Below, in pieces: positions 1-8,129 of a stretch of DNA of 18,375 bases; the stretch's first letter is position 1; every line of letters begins with the position of its first letter. A model generated the notes under the pieces. The model ran no database searches and was not told where the DNA came from. It was given only the letters and a program-made list of their open reading frames with translations. The stretch covers positions 1 to 18,375 of the forward strand of contig CAZUFC010000150.1 in assembly GCA_964619725.1 (NCBI GenBank), written 5' to 3'. Source of the stretch: an uncultured bacterium. GTDB lineage: Bacteria > CSSED10-310 > CAZUFC01. A program made the position numbers and the translations under genes.

Positions 1-140
1 GGGATCGGGGTTGGTGTCGGTATTTGGATCGGGTTCGGGGTCAGTATCGGGGTCGGTCTTGGGTCGGGGTCGGGATCGGGGTCGGGATCGGGGTTGGTGT
101 CGGTATCTGGATCGGGATCGGGGTCGGGATCGCAGTCGGA
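1..140 (+). repeat. Degenerate hexamer tandem array (ATCGGG/GTCGGG)n, cut by the window start
   Basis: Iterated GGGATC/GGGGTC/GGTATC units; 1-33 and 84-116 form a 33-nt direct repeat with one mismatch. Confidence 0.9.
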
Positions 141-256
141 CATTTGATACGACTATCGGTCCAACTTTATGCCTTCTTCAAGTTTGTCCCAAACTGAGGT
201 TTTTTTTTGCGGGAGGTTGATACGTCGATTTTTTCGATTGATTCACTCAGTTATAC

Positions 257-292
257 GTTTTGAAAAAAGCTTAACACCATTTTGATCATTCC
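257..292 (-). repeat. Degenerate terminus of the GGGACTGATCAAA repeat family (copy F)
   Basis: gttttgaaaaaagcttaacaccattttgatcattcc matches 12738-12773 at 30 of 36 positions without gaps. Confidence 0.75.
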
Positions 293-450
293 AGAAATTT
301 TTTTAATCTATTGTTGTGTTTTCGTTAACCAAAACAAAATTTCTACCAGTCAATGTCAGAAGATATGAAGGAGTTGAATAAAACTCGCCCCAACCCGCCA
401 TAGAAGAACCCAACTAAACCCCCTAACCAGCCCAAAACAAACCACTCTGA

Positions 451-491
451 CTCCCCCTCTCCATTCATGGAGAGGGGGCCGGGGGGTGAGG
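451..491. repeat. GC-rich REP-like palindrome
   Basis: CCCCCTCTCCAT (453-464) / ATGGAGAGGGGG (467-478) is a perfect inverted repeat, followed by CCGGGGGGTGAGG. Confidence 0.7.
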
Positions 492-651
492 TGAGTTTAG
501 GGGATATGGAAAAACTATGGGCGATTTTCCCGGGGTTTTTTGATTGCAGGTAATGATTAATTTATCAGGCTGCCGGAAACTCGGGGCGGTTGTTTCAGTT
601 TTGGACCTGATTTTTGCTTTTACAGGTTAACGACTTCATACACGCCATGGA

Positions 652-670
652 AAGCGGCAGGATGCCGCTT
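652..670. repeat. Short palindrome AAGCGGCA-GGA-TGCCGCTT
   Basis: 8-bp perfect stem with a 3-nt loop, downstream of the minus-strand anti-sigma gene; no clear U-tract. Confidence 0.5.
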
Positions 671-782
671 CACCTTTGCTTCGTTCCTTGATGACGGTTT
701 TTAATTTTAATATGAATTGATTTCTTTTTTATCAATAAGCAGATTCAGCGTCCTGCCCCCCAGTGTCCGTCATCTGTTTTCT

Positions 783-1580
783 TCAGACCGCGCTGTTCTT
801 ATTGATTGCTTTCTGCAGTTCTTCGGCTATATCCATCAGGTATTCGGGTTGGAGTCTTCCTTCTATGGTCCAGATTCTGTTGCGGCTGAACCATGAGACG
901 CTGTGATACAACGTCTTCGATTCGTCGCCCGTCAGGATGAAAATCTTGTCTTTTGGTTTCCTTTTTGTGGGAATCGAGCTTAATACTATTACCTGGCCGA
1001 ACGGCGATACGTACGGAATGCACAGGTTTTCACCCGTCTGCTTCATTTCCTTTTGCGCTATTGAATAAGGACCGTGCGACATCACTCTTTCCGGCACACT
1101 TATCGGGGATTGTTCTTCCTTCATCGTCACCGCATTAAATTCTTCCTCCCTGCTGCGGTATATGGAATAGGGATCAACCGCGTAATTTATGTCGAATAAA
1201 TTCCGGCAATTCAATTCCTTTCCGGCTTGCAATTTTATTACATCCAACTCCTGACTCTTGTGGAGATAATTGCTCATCAGAAAACCAGCGGCGAAGATAA
1301 CCAGTCCGGCGCAAGCATATCCCAGGACCCTGAATGAGATAAAGATGCCTCTCCGGTCCGGTTTTGAATAAAAGCTTTTTTTCGTCCGTTTCATGAGCTC
1401 CCTGGACGGTTCGGGGGCTTTGATGTTTTCCATGCTTTTGCTGAGTCGCTGGAAAGATTGCTGAAATTCACGGCAGTCCCTGCATTCCTTCAGATGCATT
1501 TCTAACGCCTTCTCATTTTCATTGTTCAACTTGCCGTCAAAGCTTTTCAGAATGATGTCCCTGTATTTTTCACAGTTCAT
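783..1580 (-). CDS. Zinc-binding (zf-HC2/ZAS) transmembrane anti-sigma factor
   Basis: N-terminal MNC...HLKECRDC (HxxxCxxC), one TM helix (VLGYACAGLVIFAAGFLM) and a C-terminal extracytoplasmic domain. Lies directly after the ECF sigma stop. ATG 1580 has GGAGA upstream; the ORF-track start 1592 is the alternative. Confidence 0.88.
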   Translation of the reverse strand: MNCEKYRDIILKSFDGKLNNENEKALEMHLKECRDCREFQQSFQRLSKSMENIKAPEPSRELMKRTKKSFYSKPDRRGIFISFRVLGYACAGLVIFAAGFLMSNYLHKSQELDVIKLQAGKELNCRNLFDINYAVDPYSIYRSREEEFNAVTMKEEQSPISVPERVMSHGPYSIAQKEMKQTGENLCIPYVSPFGQVIVLSSIPTKRKPKDKIFILTGDESKTLYHSVSWFSRNRIWTIEGRLQPEYLMDIAEELQKAINKNSAV

Positions 1581-1581
1581 T

Positions 1582-2136
1582 TTATTCTCCATATTTTTCC
1601 CGGTATTTTTCCATGAGGATTTTCCGGGCCCTGTTCAACCTGGACCTTACCGTACCTTCCGGAATGGCCAGCAATTCGGCCGTCTGTTTGGTGGAACAGC
1701 ACTCCAGGTGCCTCAGAATAATAACTTCTTTCAGAGAACTCGGCATTTCTTCCAACAAACTTGCAGTGAATTTCTGAATTTCCCGGACTTCAGCCGTTTT
1801 TTCCGGACTCTCGACGGCAGGATTTAAAATGAAGTCGCGATATAGGGGTTCTACTCTGGTATCGTAAAACTTTCGGCGTCTCCATTTCTCCCGGTTGATG
1901 TTGATGCATATTTTTATCAGCCAGGCGGCTTCTTTTGATTCATCCTGGTAACCATCGAAAGCCTGGTAGGCGCGTAAAAAGGTTTCCTGGAAAAGGTCGT
2001 CGGCATCGGAGCGATTGAACCCGGAGAGTTTCCAGGCCATGCCGTAGACTCTCCGGGCGTTTCTTTGAAAAATATTATTGAATTTTTTACGCTTTGAACG
2101 TGTTTCTGAGAATTTGAATTTCAGCATCCTGGTCAT
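1582..2136 (-). CDS. ECF-family RNA polymerase sigma-70 factor
   Basis: Region 2 DADDLFQETFLRAY...WLIKICIN and region 4 TAELLAIPEGTVRSRLNRARK; 184 aa; adjacent to an anti-sigma. Exact start uncertain. Confidence 0.93.
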   Translation of the reverse strand: MTRMLKFKFSETRSKRKKFNNIFQRNARRVYGMAWKLSGFNRSDADDLFQETFLRAYQAFDGYQDESKEAAWLIKICININREKWRRRKFYDTRVEPLYRDFILNPAVESPEKTAEVREIQKFTASLLEEMPSSLKEVIILRHLECCSTKQTAELLAIPEGTVRSRLNRARKILMEKYREKYGE

Positions 2137-2238
2137 TGGCGCTCTAAGTATTGAATTAATTGGTTTTTTTCAATATAAACCGGTATAAAAAGTTGTGCTT
2201 TTTCCTGCTCCCCATAAATCCCTCCGCTGTCGCTTACT

Positions 2239-2266
2239 ATTATACACGCTTGATGCAATAGACTAA
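2239..2266 (-). promoter_or_regulatory. Possible sigma70-type promoter upstream of the ECF sigma gene
   Basis: Minus strand TTAGTC-N16-TATAAT; perfect -10, weak -35. Confidence 0.3.
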
Positions 2267-2353
2267 TGATTTTCATTTTATACTTCAAATACAAGGAGTT
2301 ATAAAAATTATTCTTCAGAACGAAAACAGATAAAACTGTGACTTCATAGAAAG

Positions 2354-2448
2354 CCCCCCCTATATCCCCCCGCGAGCGGGGGGACTTTGCTTCATGGCTT
2401 CTTTGACGGACTTCGACGCTTTAAATCTCCGGCGAGTGGGGGGACTTT
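2354..2448. repeat. Two tandem C/G-tract palindromes (REP-like)
   Basis: TCCCCCCG-CGAG-CGGGGGGA (2365-2384) followed by CTTT; a decayed copy atctccggcgagtggggggacttt lies 60 nt downstream (2425-2448). Confidence 0.7.
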
Positions 2449-2493
2449 TTTTATTGACCTTCATTGATCGCATGTTGGTTTTTTTTTAAAATG

Positions 2494-2620
2494 GGGACTG
2501 ATCAAACCGGGCTATGGTTCTTTCAAGTTTTTCGACAGTTTGTTTCAGTAATCGGATCGCAATTGCAAAAAAATGATGGAATATTCTGTAGAATTTCAAC
2601 TTCAAAAGATGAATTTTGAA
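2494..2620 (+). repeat. GGGACTGATCAAA repeat family, copy A (single arm)
   Basis: gggactgatcaaaccggg...tttcaagtttttcgacagtttgtttcagtaatcgg...aaaatgatggaatattctgtagaatttcaacttcaaaagatg is colinear with 4071-4213. Confidence 0.9.
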
Positions 2621-2669
2621 AAATTCTCAAAATGCACATTTTTTTCAAGCATCGTCAAGAGTTCAGAAT

Positions 2670-3617
2670 TCAATTCATACGATCCTCTGCAATGTCATCA
2701 GGCAATTCGCCGTCGAGTTCTTTTATCATCTCAATACCATTCGCTTTTTTCAATTCTTCGGCCCATTCTGCAGTTTTTCTGATCCTGGCATCCGGGTCTT
2801 TTTTCCCTTCATCGATGACCCGCCTGCATAATTCACTAGTTTCGCGATCCAGCGTAAAAGCATTCAGTTCAGCGACAGCCAGCAATATTTCCAGTTTTAA
2901 CGGCAGGTAACGAACGGTGGGATACAGCAGCGCTATTTGTTTGAACTCTTCGGAGGCTTTACGGGGCCATTCGTCTTTGTTTCTGAGTTTCTGATTAACG
3001 AAGCGAGGCAGGGCATCCAGGTATGCATTCTTCTGCGCGAGAAAACGTGCGCAAGCGGCAGCATTGTCTTCATCGCCTTTTGCGATAAAAAGATCGCCCA
3101 TGCCTTCGGCGCCTTCCGTCAGGCAACTCAGTGATATCATGTCCTGTATGATGGTGATGCCGGGTTCTTCCCACAACAGCAGTCCTAGATTCAGGGCGTT
3201 TGAAAACCACATTTCAGCCTCTTCAAATTTCTTTTTTTCCAGCGCTTTTTCTCCGTTTTGAGAAAAAGTCTTTGCAGCCGAGCGGTAGAGTTTCATCATG
3301 GGTATCATCTGCTCGTAAGGGGGAAGCTTCATATCCAGGGAAAAAGGAAATTCACACCGGCGGCATTCAAGTCCTTTCATGACCAGCCGGTATGCGTCCG
3401 AATTCTGCTTTAATCTTCCCTCGACAATCTCATCATCCGATTTTCTGACCATTTTTTCCGCGTTCAAAAACATTTCGGCAGCATTACAATTATTGGCCGG
3501 ACGTTCGATCATGGAATACAGCGTTGAAACGTCAGGCGGCACAGGGATCGTACCTGCACAAGCGGATGCCGCCGGTATGATTACCAGGATCAATGCGGCA
3601 ATGATTCGACTTTTCAT
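2670..3617 (-). CDS. Secreted alpha-helical (TPR/HEAT-like) hypothetical protein
   Basis: ATG 3617 has GGGAGG 7 nt upstream and opens with the signal peptide MKSRIIAALILVIIPAASACA. TPR-like segment GEKALEKKKFEEAEMWFSNAL and HEAT-like KDPDARIRKTA. The ORF-track start 3734 is probably too long. Confidence 0.8.
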   Translation of the reverse strand: MKSRIIAALILVIIPAASACAGTIPVPPDVSTLYSMIERPANNCNAAEMFLNAEKMVRKSDDEIVEGRLKQNSDAYRLVMKGLECRRCEFPFSLDMKLPPYEQMIPMMKLYRSAAKTFSQNGEKALEKKKFEEAEMWFSNALNLGLLLWEEPGITIIQDMISLSCLTEGAEGMGDLFIAKGDEDNAAACARFLAQKNAYLDALPRFVNQKLRNKDEWPRKASEEFKQIALLYPTVRYLPLKLEILLAVAELNAFTLDRETSELCRRVIDEGKKDPDARIRKTAEWAEELKKANGIEMIKELDGELPDDIAEDRMN

Positions 3618-3860
3618 TTTTTTCCTCCCGAGGTTGAAAGATACCATCGTTCTCTCAAAAAGGATAATGAATGAAAAGGAATTTTGTTCACAAAAAGCCT
3701 GGTCGAATAGATCAGAAATCATGAAAAACGACACCTACAAATTTCATTTAAGGACGAATTAAGGAATCTATTGTAAAAACAGGGCGTTGATAACGATGAT
3801 AAATGCCCCCGGGGTTGAAAATCTGTTCAATCCTTTCAGAATTTTTAAATTCATCCATCT

Positions 3861-3926
3861 GCCCAGGGTTGCGCTCCGCTTCGCTTCGCTTAACCCTAGG
3901 CTCTGCTGTCGAGAACCCTTCGGGGT
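3861..3926. repeat. Composite REP-like hairpin element
   Basis: GCCCAGGGTT (3861-3870)...AACCCTAGGC (3892-3901) stem around CGCTT iterations, then ACCC-TTCG-GGGT (3915-3926). Confidence 0.65.
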
Positions 3927-3994
3927 CAATATTATTGTGTTAAGCGTGTGTAATAGCCAATTTTTTAATGGGGAATTTACCCGATCATTCTATC

Positions 3995-4032
3995 ATGCCG
4001 GCACGTATTGTTGCCTCCATTTGATCAGTCCC
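3995..4032 (-). repeat. GGGACTGATCAAA family, variant arm (GGGACTGATCAAATGGAGG)
   Basis: Minus strand gggactgatcaaatggaggcaacaa resembles the plus-strand sequence from 18322, ggcgctgatcaaatgggggtacaa; it lies back-to-back with copy B. Confidence 0.7.
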
Positions 4033-4070
4033 AAATTTTCAGATACACAGTAAAGCTGCTTGTCATTCTT

Positions 4071-4213
4071 GGGACTGTTCAAACCGGGGTTATACTTATT
4101 TCATAACTTTTAACAGTTTGTTTCAGTAATCGGGATCGGGATCGGGGTTGAAACAAAATGATGGGAAATTCGGAAGAATTCCAACCTTAAAAGACGCATT
4201 TTTGATCAATGCC
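4071..4213 (+). repeat. GGGACTGATCAAA repeat family, copy B (single arm)
   Basis: Aligns without gaps to the reverse complement of 10006-10148 at about 80% identity by hand count; contains ATCGGG iterations. Confidence 0.92.
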
Positions 4214-4420
4214 CAAAAAGGTTAAAAATGTATTCGTTGTCGCGATCCTGGTCGTGATCGTTGTCGAATAAAGGTTTAACGTCCATTCAGGCGAAATTGA
4301 ATTTAAATGACATTTCATGCTGTATTCCGACAACGATTCATAAGCCATTCATTAGTAGGGAGTCGGCGGATTAAGTCTTTGTGACGGGCTCTGACCCCGT
4401 TTCTGATCGTTTGTCTTGAA

Positions 4421-5674
4421 TTATTTTGGGGAGAGTTTATAGTATTTTCGTTTTCCTATTCTTATGGTGACGCCTTGTTCAGGGATGTTTGCTGCGGCAT
4501 CTACATTTTTTTGCTGTTCCTGTTCGACGTAGAAACCGCCTTGTTTCATGAGGCGTCTCAGTTCGCCTTTGGATGGAACGATTTTCAGTGCGTGACAGAC
4601 GTCAAGCCATTTTTTCCCCTGCAATTCATGTGGAACCGTTAATTCAGGAATATCTTCCGGGGCTTCTTTGCGTTGAACGATCTGCTGAAACTCTTTTTCC
4701 GCTTCTTTTGCTTTCTGTTGACCGTGGTATTGGGTCACGAGGTTAAAGGCGAGGACTTTTTTGACTTCCATGGGGTTGACGCCTTCTTTCAACCGTTTCA
4801 CGAGTTCGTCTATTTTCGTTCCTTCGAGGGAACTGGTCAATTCCAGGTATTCCTGAATATGATCGTCAGCGATGCGCATTGTTTTTCCGTACATGTCGAA
4901 AGGGGAATCATTGATGTTGATGACGTTCCCGTAACTTTTGGACATTTTCCTGCCGTCGGTTCCTATTATGAGGGGGTTGGTGAGCATCACATGCGGTTTA
5001 TCGCCGAAATATTCCTGTATGGCTCTTCCCGCCAGCATATTGAAATGCTGATCATAGGCGCCGACCTGAACATCGCATTTAAGTATGTACGCATCGTAAC
5101 CCTGCATCAGGGCATAGAGCGATTCATGAAAGCGGAGCGATTCGCCCTTTTCCATGCGTTGCTGAAAATCGCGTCGCGCGATGATCTGTTTCATGGGGAA
5201 AATACTCGCCAGTTCTATAATGTCAGCGAAACTTAATTTGGATAACCATTCGCCGTTGTATCTGACCTCGGTCTTCTGTTCATCCAGCACCCTGAAGGCC
5301 TGATTCGTGTACGTTTTGGCCATTTCCATCACCTGATCGTGCGTGAAGCGTCTCCGTTCGCTCGATTGTCCGCTCGGGTCCCCGATGGTTGCGGTATAAT
5401 CACCGATCAGGAAAATGATGTGATGTCCCAATTCCTGGAATTTACGTAACTTCTGCAGAGGCACGAAATGACCGATGTGAAGGTCTGTGCTTGTCGGGTC
5501 CACTCCCAGGTAAATTCTCAACGGCCGTCCTTCCGATAATTTTTCGTGCAGTTCCTTACTCATTTGAGCGCGCATACCCTGCTGCTCGTCGCTCAAATCC
5601 AACCACTCCTCAGCCTCATCCGCAAAACGAGTGCCCCTCATTAATATTTTTAATTGCTCATCAGGCGATAACAT
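4421..5674 (-). CDS. tyrS: Tyrosine--tRNA ligase
   Basis: YLGVDPT..DLHIGH, IGDPSG, Y.LMQGYD, KMSKS and a C-terminal S4-like domain ending RIGKRKY. Start placed at ATG 5674 (MLSPDEQLKILMRG); the frame is open to 5743. Confidence 0.97.
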   Translation of the reverse strand: MLSPDEQLKILMRGTRFADEAEEWLDLSDEQQGMRAQMSKELHEKLSEGRPLRIYLGVDPTSTDLHIGHFVPLQKLRKFQELGHHIIFLIGDYTATIGDPSGQSSERRRFTHDQVMEMAKTYTNQAFRVLDEQKTEVRYNGEWLSKLSFADIIELASIFPMKQIIARRDFQQRMEKGESLRFHESLYALMQGYDAYILKCDVQVGAYDQHFNMLAGRAIQEYFGDKPHVMLTNPLIIGTDGRKMSKSYGNVININDSPFDMYGKTMRIADDHIQEYLELTSSLEGTKIDELVKRLKEGVNPMEVKKVLAFNLVTQYHGQQKAKEAEKEFQQIVQRKEAPEDIPELTVPHELQGKKWLDVCHALKIVPSKGELRRLMKQGGFYVEQEQQKNVDAAANIPEQGVTIRIGKRKYYKLSPK

Positions 5675-5797
5675 TGTTCCGTTAAACCCTCTCTGTTTCA
5701 TAGTTGATTGTTTTCTTACCTTGTCATACATTTTTAAACTCAAAACCGCACATTGAAAAACGCAGCCGTGCGGACATTTCCGATACAGCCTCGTTTC

Positions 5798-5825
5798 ATT
5801 ATAAGAATATTTCGGATTTGATCAA
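5798..5825 (-). promoter_or_regulatory. Putative sigma70 promoter of tyrS
   Basis: Minus strand TTGATC-N16-TATAAT. Confidence 0.55.
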
Positions 5826-5879
5826 TCCTATTATCCGATAATGGCGTTTTCGTTGATTTTATGCTGATGTTCGACAATA

Positions 5880-8063
5880 ATGAACGCCAGAATGAATTCT
5901 CTTTTAAGCCATATAATAAAGTTCGGGACTGTCGTCATCATCGGTGCAGCAATGCTGATTTTATGGTCACGGTTCGATGTTGACGAAGGAGGATTTTCTC
6001 AAGGGGTTGTCCCGCAGAAGGAGGCGATTGTTTTCAAAAGCACGGGCAAAATCGACTGGGGAGAAAAAGGAGCCGATTACTTTTCCGTCCAGGGGATCGA
6101 TTCCGATGATGCGACAAGCGGACAATTCATTTCAGCGAAAGCCCGTGTCGCCCGCGTACAATTCTGGCGCGTAAAATCTGAAACGTTTACATTAAGAATC
6201 AGATGCAGGCAATCATGCGAAGCATCCCACATAGTTCCTTTATTGCTGTCGGTTAACGGCAGGCATGTCGGCCGCCTGCGACTGAAACGTGACTGGGAAA
6301 CTTTTTCAGTGAGCATACCTGCGAAACTGACGTTAAGCGGCCGCAATATTCTGACGCTGGAAACGCCAAAGGGCACGACAAAGCCTGATATGTATTATGA
6401 CCTGGACTGGATGGATTTCGGAGCTGATCATAATGAAGCGAATCAAAGGCCGGCATGGCGGGAATTAACTCCAGGAACAGCCGTAATGACCTATCATTTT
6501 TTATTTCCCGGAGACAGTATTCTGCTGCAATGCGGCAAGAACAGTCCGGGTTATTCGGCCGTAAGCATAACGGGCGATAATGTGCGGGAAAAAGAGTATT
6601 TTCTTGGCCGCCGGTTATGGTTTGAAGAAACTTCAATCGAATACGAGCTGCAAGGCGGGGCCGGCGCTTCATTGTATCCTTCGGCCGCCAGGTGCCTGGT
6701 ATATGCGGATGACGAGCATGCCGGGGACGCTTTTCGGTTCAAAATCGGTCAGAAAAACTCACGAAAAGCCCCGGGAGAATCTCTTGCTTTATATTCCGAA
6801 TTCGCGAATGAAACGCCGCAAGCAGATATAATCGTTCTCGTGCTGGACTCGCTGCGGGCTGATGCCGCGGGTTGCGGAGGTTGTTCTCTGAAGATAACGC
6901 CCAACATCGACAAAGCTGCGAGGAAGGGTTTGACTGTTTTTCAGAGTATAGCGGCAGCGCCGTTTACGACTTCTTCGATTGCGTCGTTAATGACCGGGGT
7001 TCAACCTGTCCGGCACAAAGTATACGACATAGAAAGCATGGTCCCGGAGGCTCTTCCGACCCTGGCGGAAGAATTGAAAAAGGCCGGATATGAGACATGC
7101 GCCATAAACGCCATGGCGACCCTGGCCGGCGAATACGGTTTCTCCCGGGGTTTCCAGATTTACCATGAAATTCACGATCAATTTCCGCATCCTGTTGACG
7201 GAATACATGCTGTTGAGGCATTTGAGAAAATTTACGGGAAATCGGGATTTGAATTTCCGGGGTTCTTTTATATTCACCTGAGAGAACCGCATTTTCCTTA
7301 CCTTCCGCCCTCTCCTTATATCGATTTATTCGGAAAGGCAGGAACCTATCGTTACCTGATGGATCGGAGGGTGTTCCGGAGGATAAAAAAATTTGAAAGA
7401 ATCTTATCGCCGGATGAACTGAAGGGAATGCGAATGCTCTATAATGCCGGGGTGAGATATGCGGATTACTGCCTGGGTGAAATTCTAAAGACCGTTATTG
7501 AGAAGAAACGCTGGACCGACACATTATTGATAATTCTAGGCGATCATGGAGAAGGCTTCTGCGAGCACGGCAGGTACTCGCACGGCAGCGTCGTTTATAA
7601 TGAAATGACGCGTGTTCCGACGATCATTTCAGGCGGCTGCATCAATGATCAGCAAAAAGACAGGATCATCAGCTCGATGGGAACGACGGATTTGCATCGT
7701 CTTATCCTTGACAGAGCGGGAATAAATTATGTGGAAACCGGCGTTAAGCCCGGCGAATCCGAAAATCGTTTACATCATTCACACGGAATGAGCAGGTACG
7801 GTCAACATTCGTTATGCCGGAATAATTGGAAATTTATCGGCAGTTACAAACAATTTTACGATTTTGAGCTGTATAATCTGGAGCAAGACCCGAATGAACA
7901 CGAGAATCTGTCAGAAGGATATCCTATCCTCGTCGAATACTTTCATAACATAATGGACATAAAGCTGTATGAGGATTTCTCAAGGCCGGTCAAACGGAAA
8001 AGAATCCTGTCGAAAGGTCATCATAAGAAATTAAAGGCGCTGGGCTACCTTTCTGAGGATTAA
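5880..8063 (+). CDS. Membrane-anchored sulfatase-like hydrolase/transferase (alkaline phosphatase superfamily)
   Basis: N-terminal TM, beta-rich middle region, then IIVLVLDSLRAD, TPNID, APFTTSSIASLMTG, EPHFPY, GDHGEGF.EHG..H, ELYNLEQDPNE and terminal LKALGY. Confidence 0.9.
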   Translation: MNARMNSLLSHIIKFGTVVIIGAAMLILWSRFDVDEGGFSQGVVPQKEAIVFKSTGKIDWGEKGADYFSVQGIDSDDATSGQFISAKARVARVQFWRVKSETFTLRIRCRQSCEASHIVPLLLSVNGRHVGRLRLKRDWETFSVSIPAKLTLSGRNILTLETPKGTTKPDMYYDLDWMDFGADHNEANQRPAWRELTPGTAVMTYHFLFPGDSILLQCGKNSPGYSAVSITGDNVREKEYFLGRRLWFEETSIEYELQGGAGASLYPSAARCLVYADDEHAGDAFRFKIGQKNSRKAPGESLALYSEFANETPQADIIVLVLDSLRADAAGCGGCSLKITPNIDKAARKGLTVFQSIAAAPFTTSSIASLMTGVQPVRHKVYDIESMVPEALPTLAEELKKAGYETCAINAMATLAGEYGFSRGFQIYHEIHDQFPHPVDGIHAVEAFEKIYGKSGFEFPGFFYIHLREPHFPYLPPSPYIDLFGKAGTYRYLMDRRVFRRIKKFERILSPDELKGMRMLYNAGVRYADYCLGEILKTVIEKKRWTDTLLIILGDHGEGFCEHGRYSHGSVVYNEMTRVPTIISGGCINDQQKDRIISSMGTTDLHRLILDRAGINYVETGVKPGESENRLHHSHGMSRYGQHSLCRNNWKFIGSYKQFYDFELYNLEQDPNEHENLSEGYPILVEYFHNIMDIKLYEDFSRPVKRKRILSKGHHKKLKALGYLSED

Positions 8064-8129
8064 GCGTTTTCACGGCGCCGGCGCAGCAGAAGCGCTGCAG
8101 TCAGTCACCGGTGCAGGGAAGTTTGCAAA

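Noticed and set aside
11-220. 69-aa ORF rich in GS/DR dipeptides
   Set aside because: It is a translation of the hexamer array; no SD or domain.
3618-3734. N-terminal extension of the 354-aa ORF
   Set aside because: The strong SD and signal peptide begin at ATG 3617.
3787-4053. 88-aa intergenic ORF
   Set aside because: It runs through palindromic repeats and a repeat arm; no SD or domain.
4673-5236. 187-aa antisense ORF and other shadow ORFs (e.g. 3379-3762, 6253-6672, 9251-9787, 17141-17512)
   Set aside because: They overlap well-supported genes and show no recognisable motifs.
5675-5797. T-box riboswitch upstream of tyrS
   Set aside because: The leader is short and lacks a UGGNACC T-box bulge sequence.
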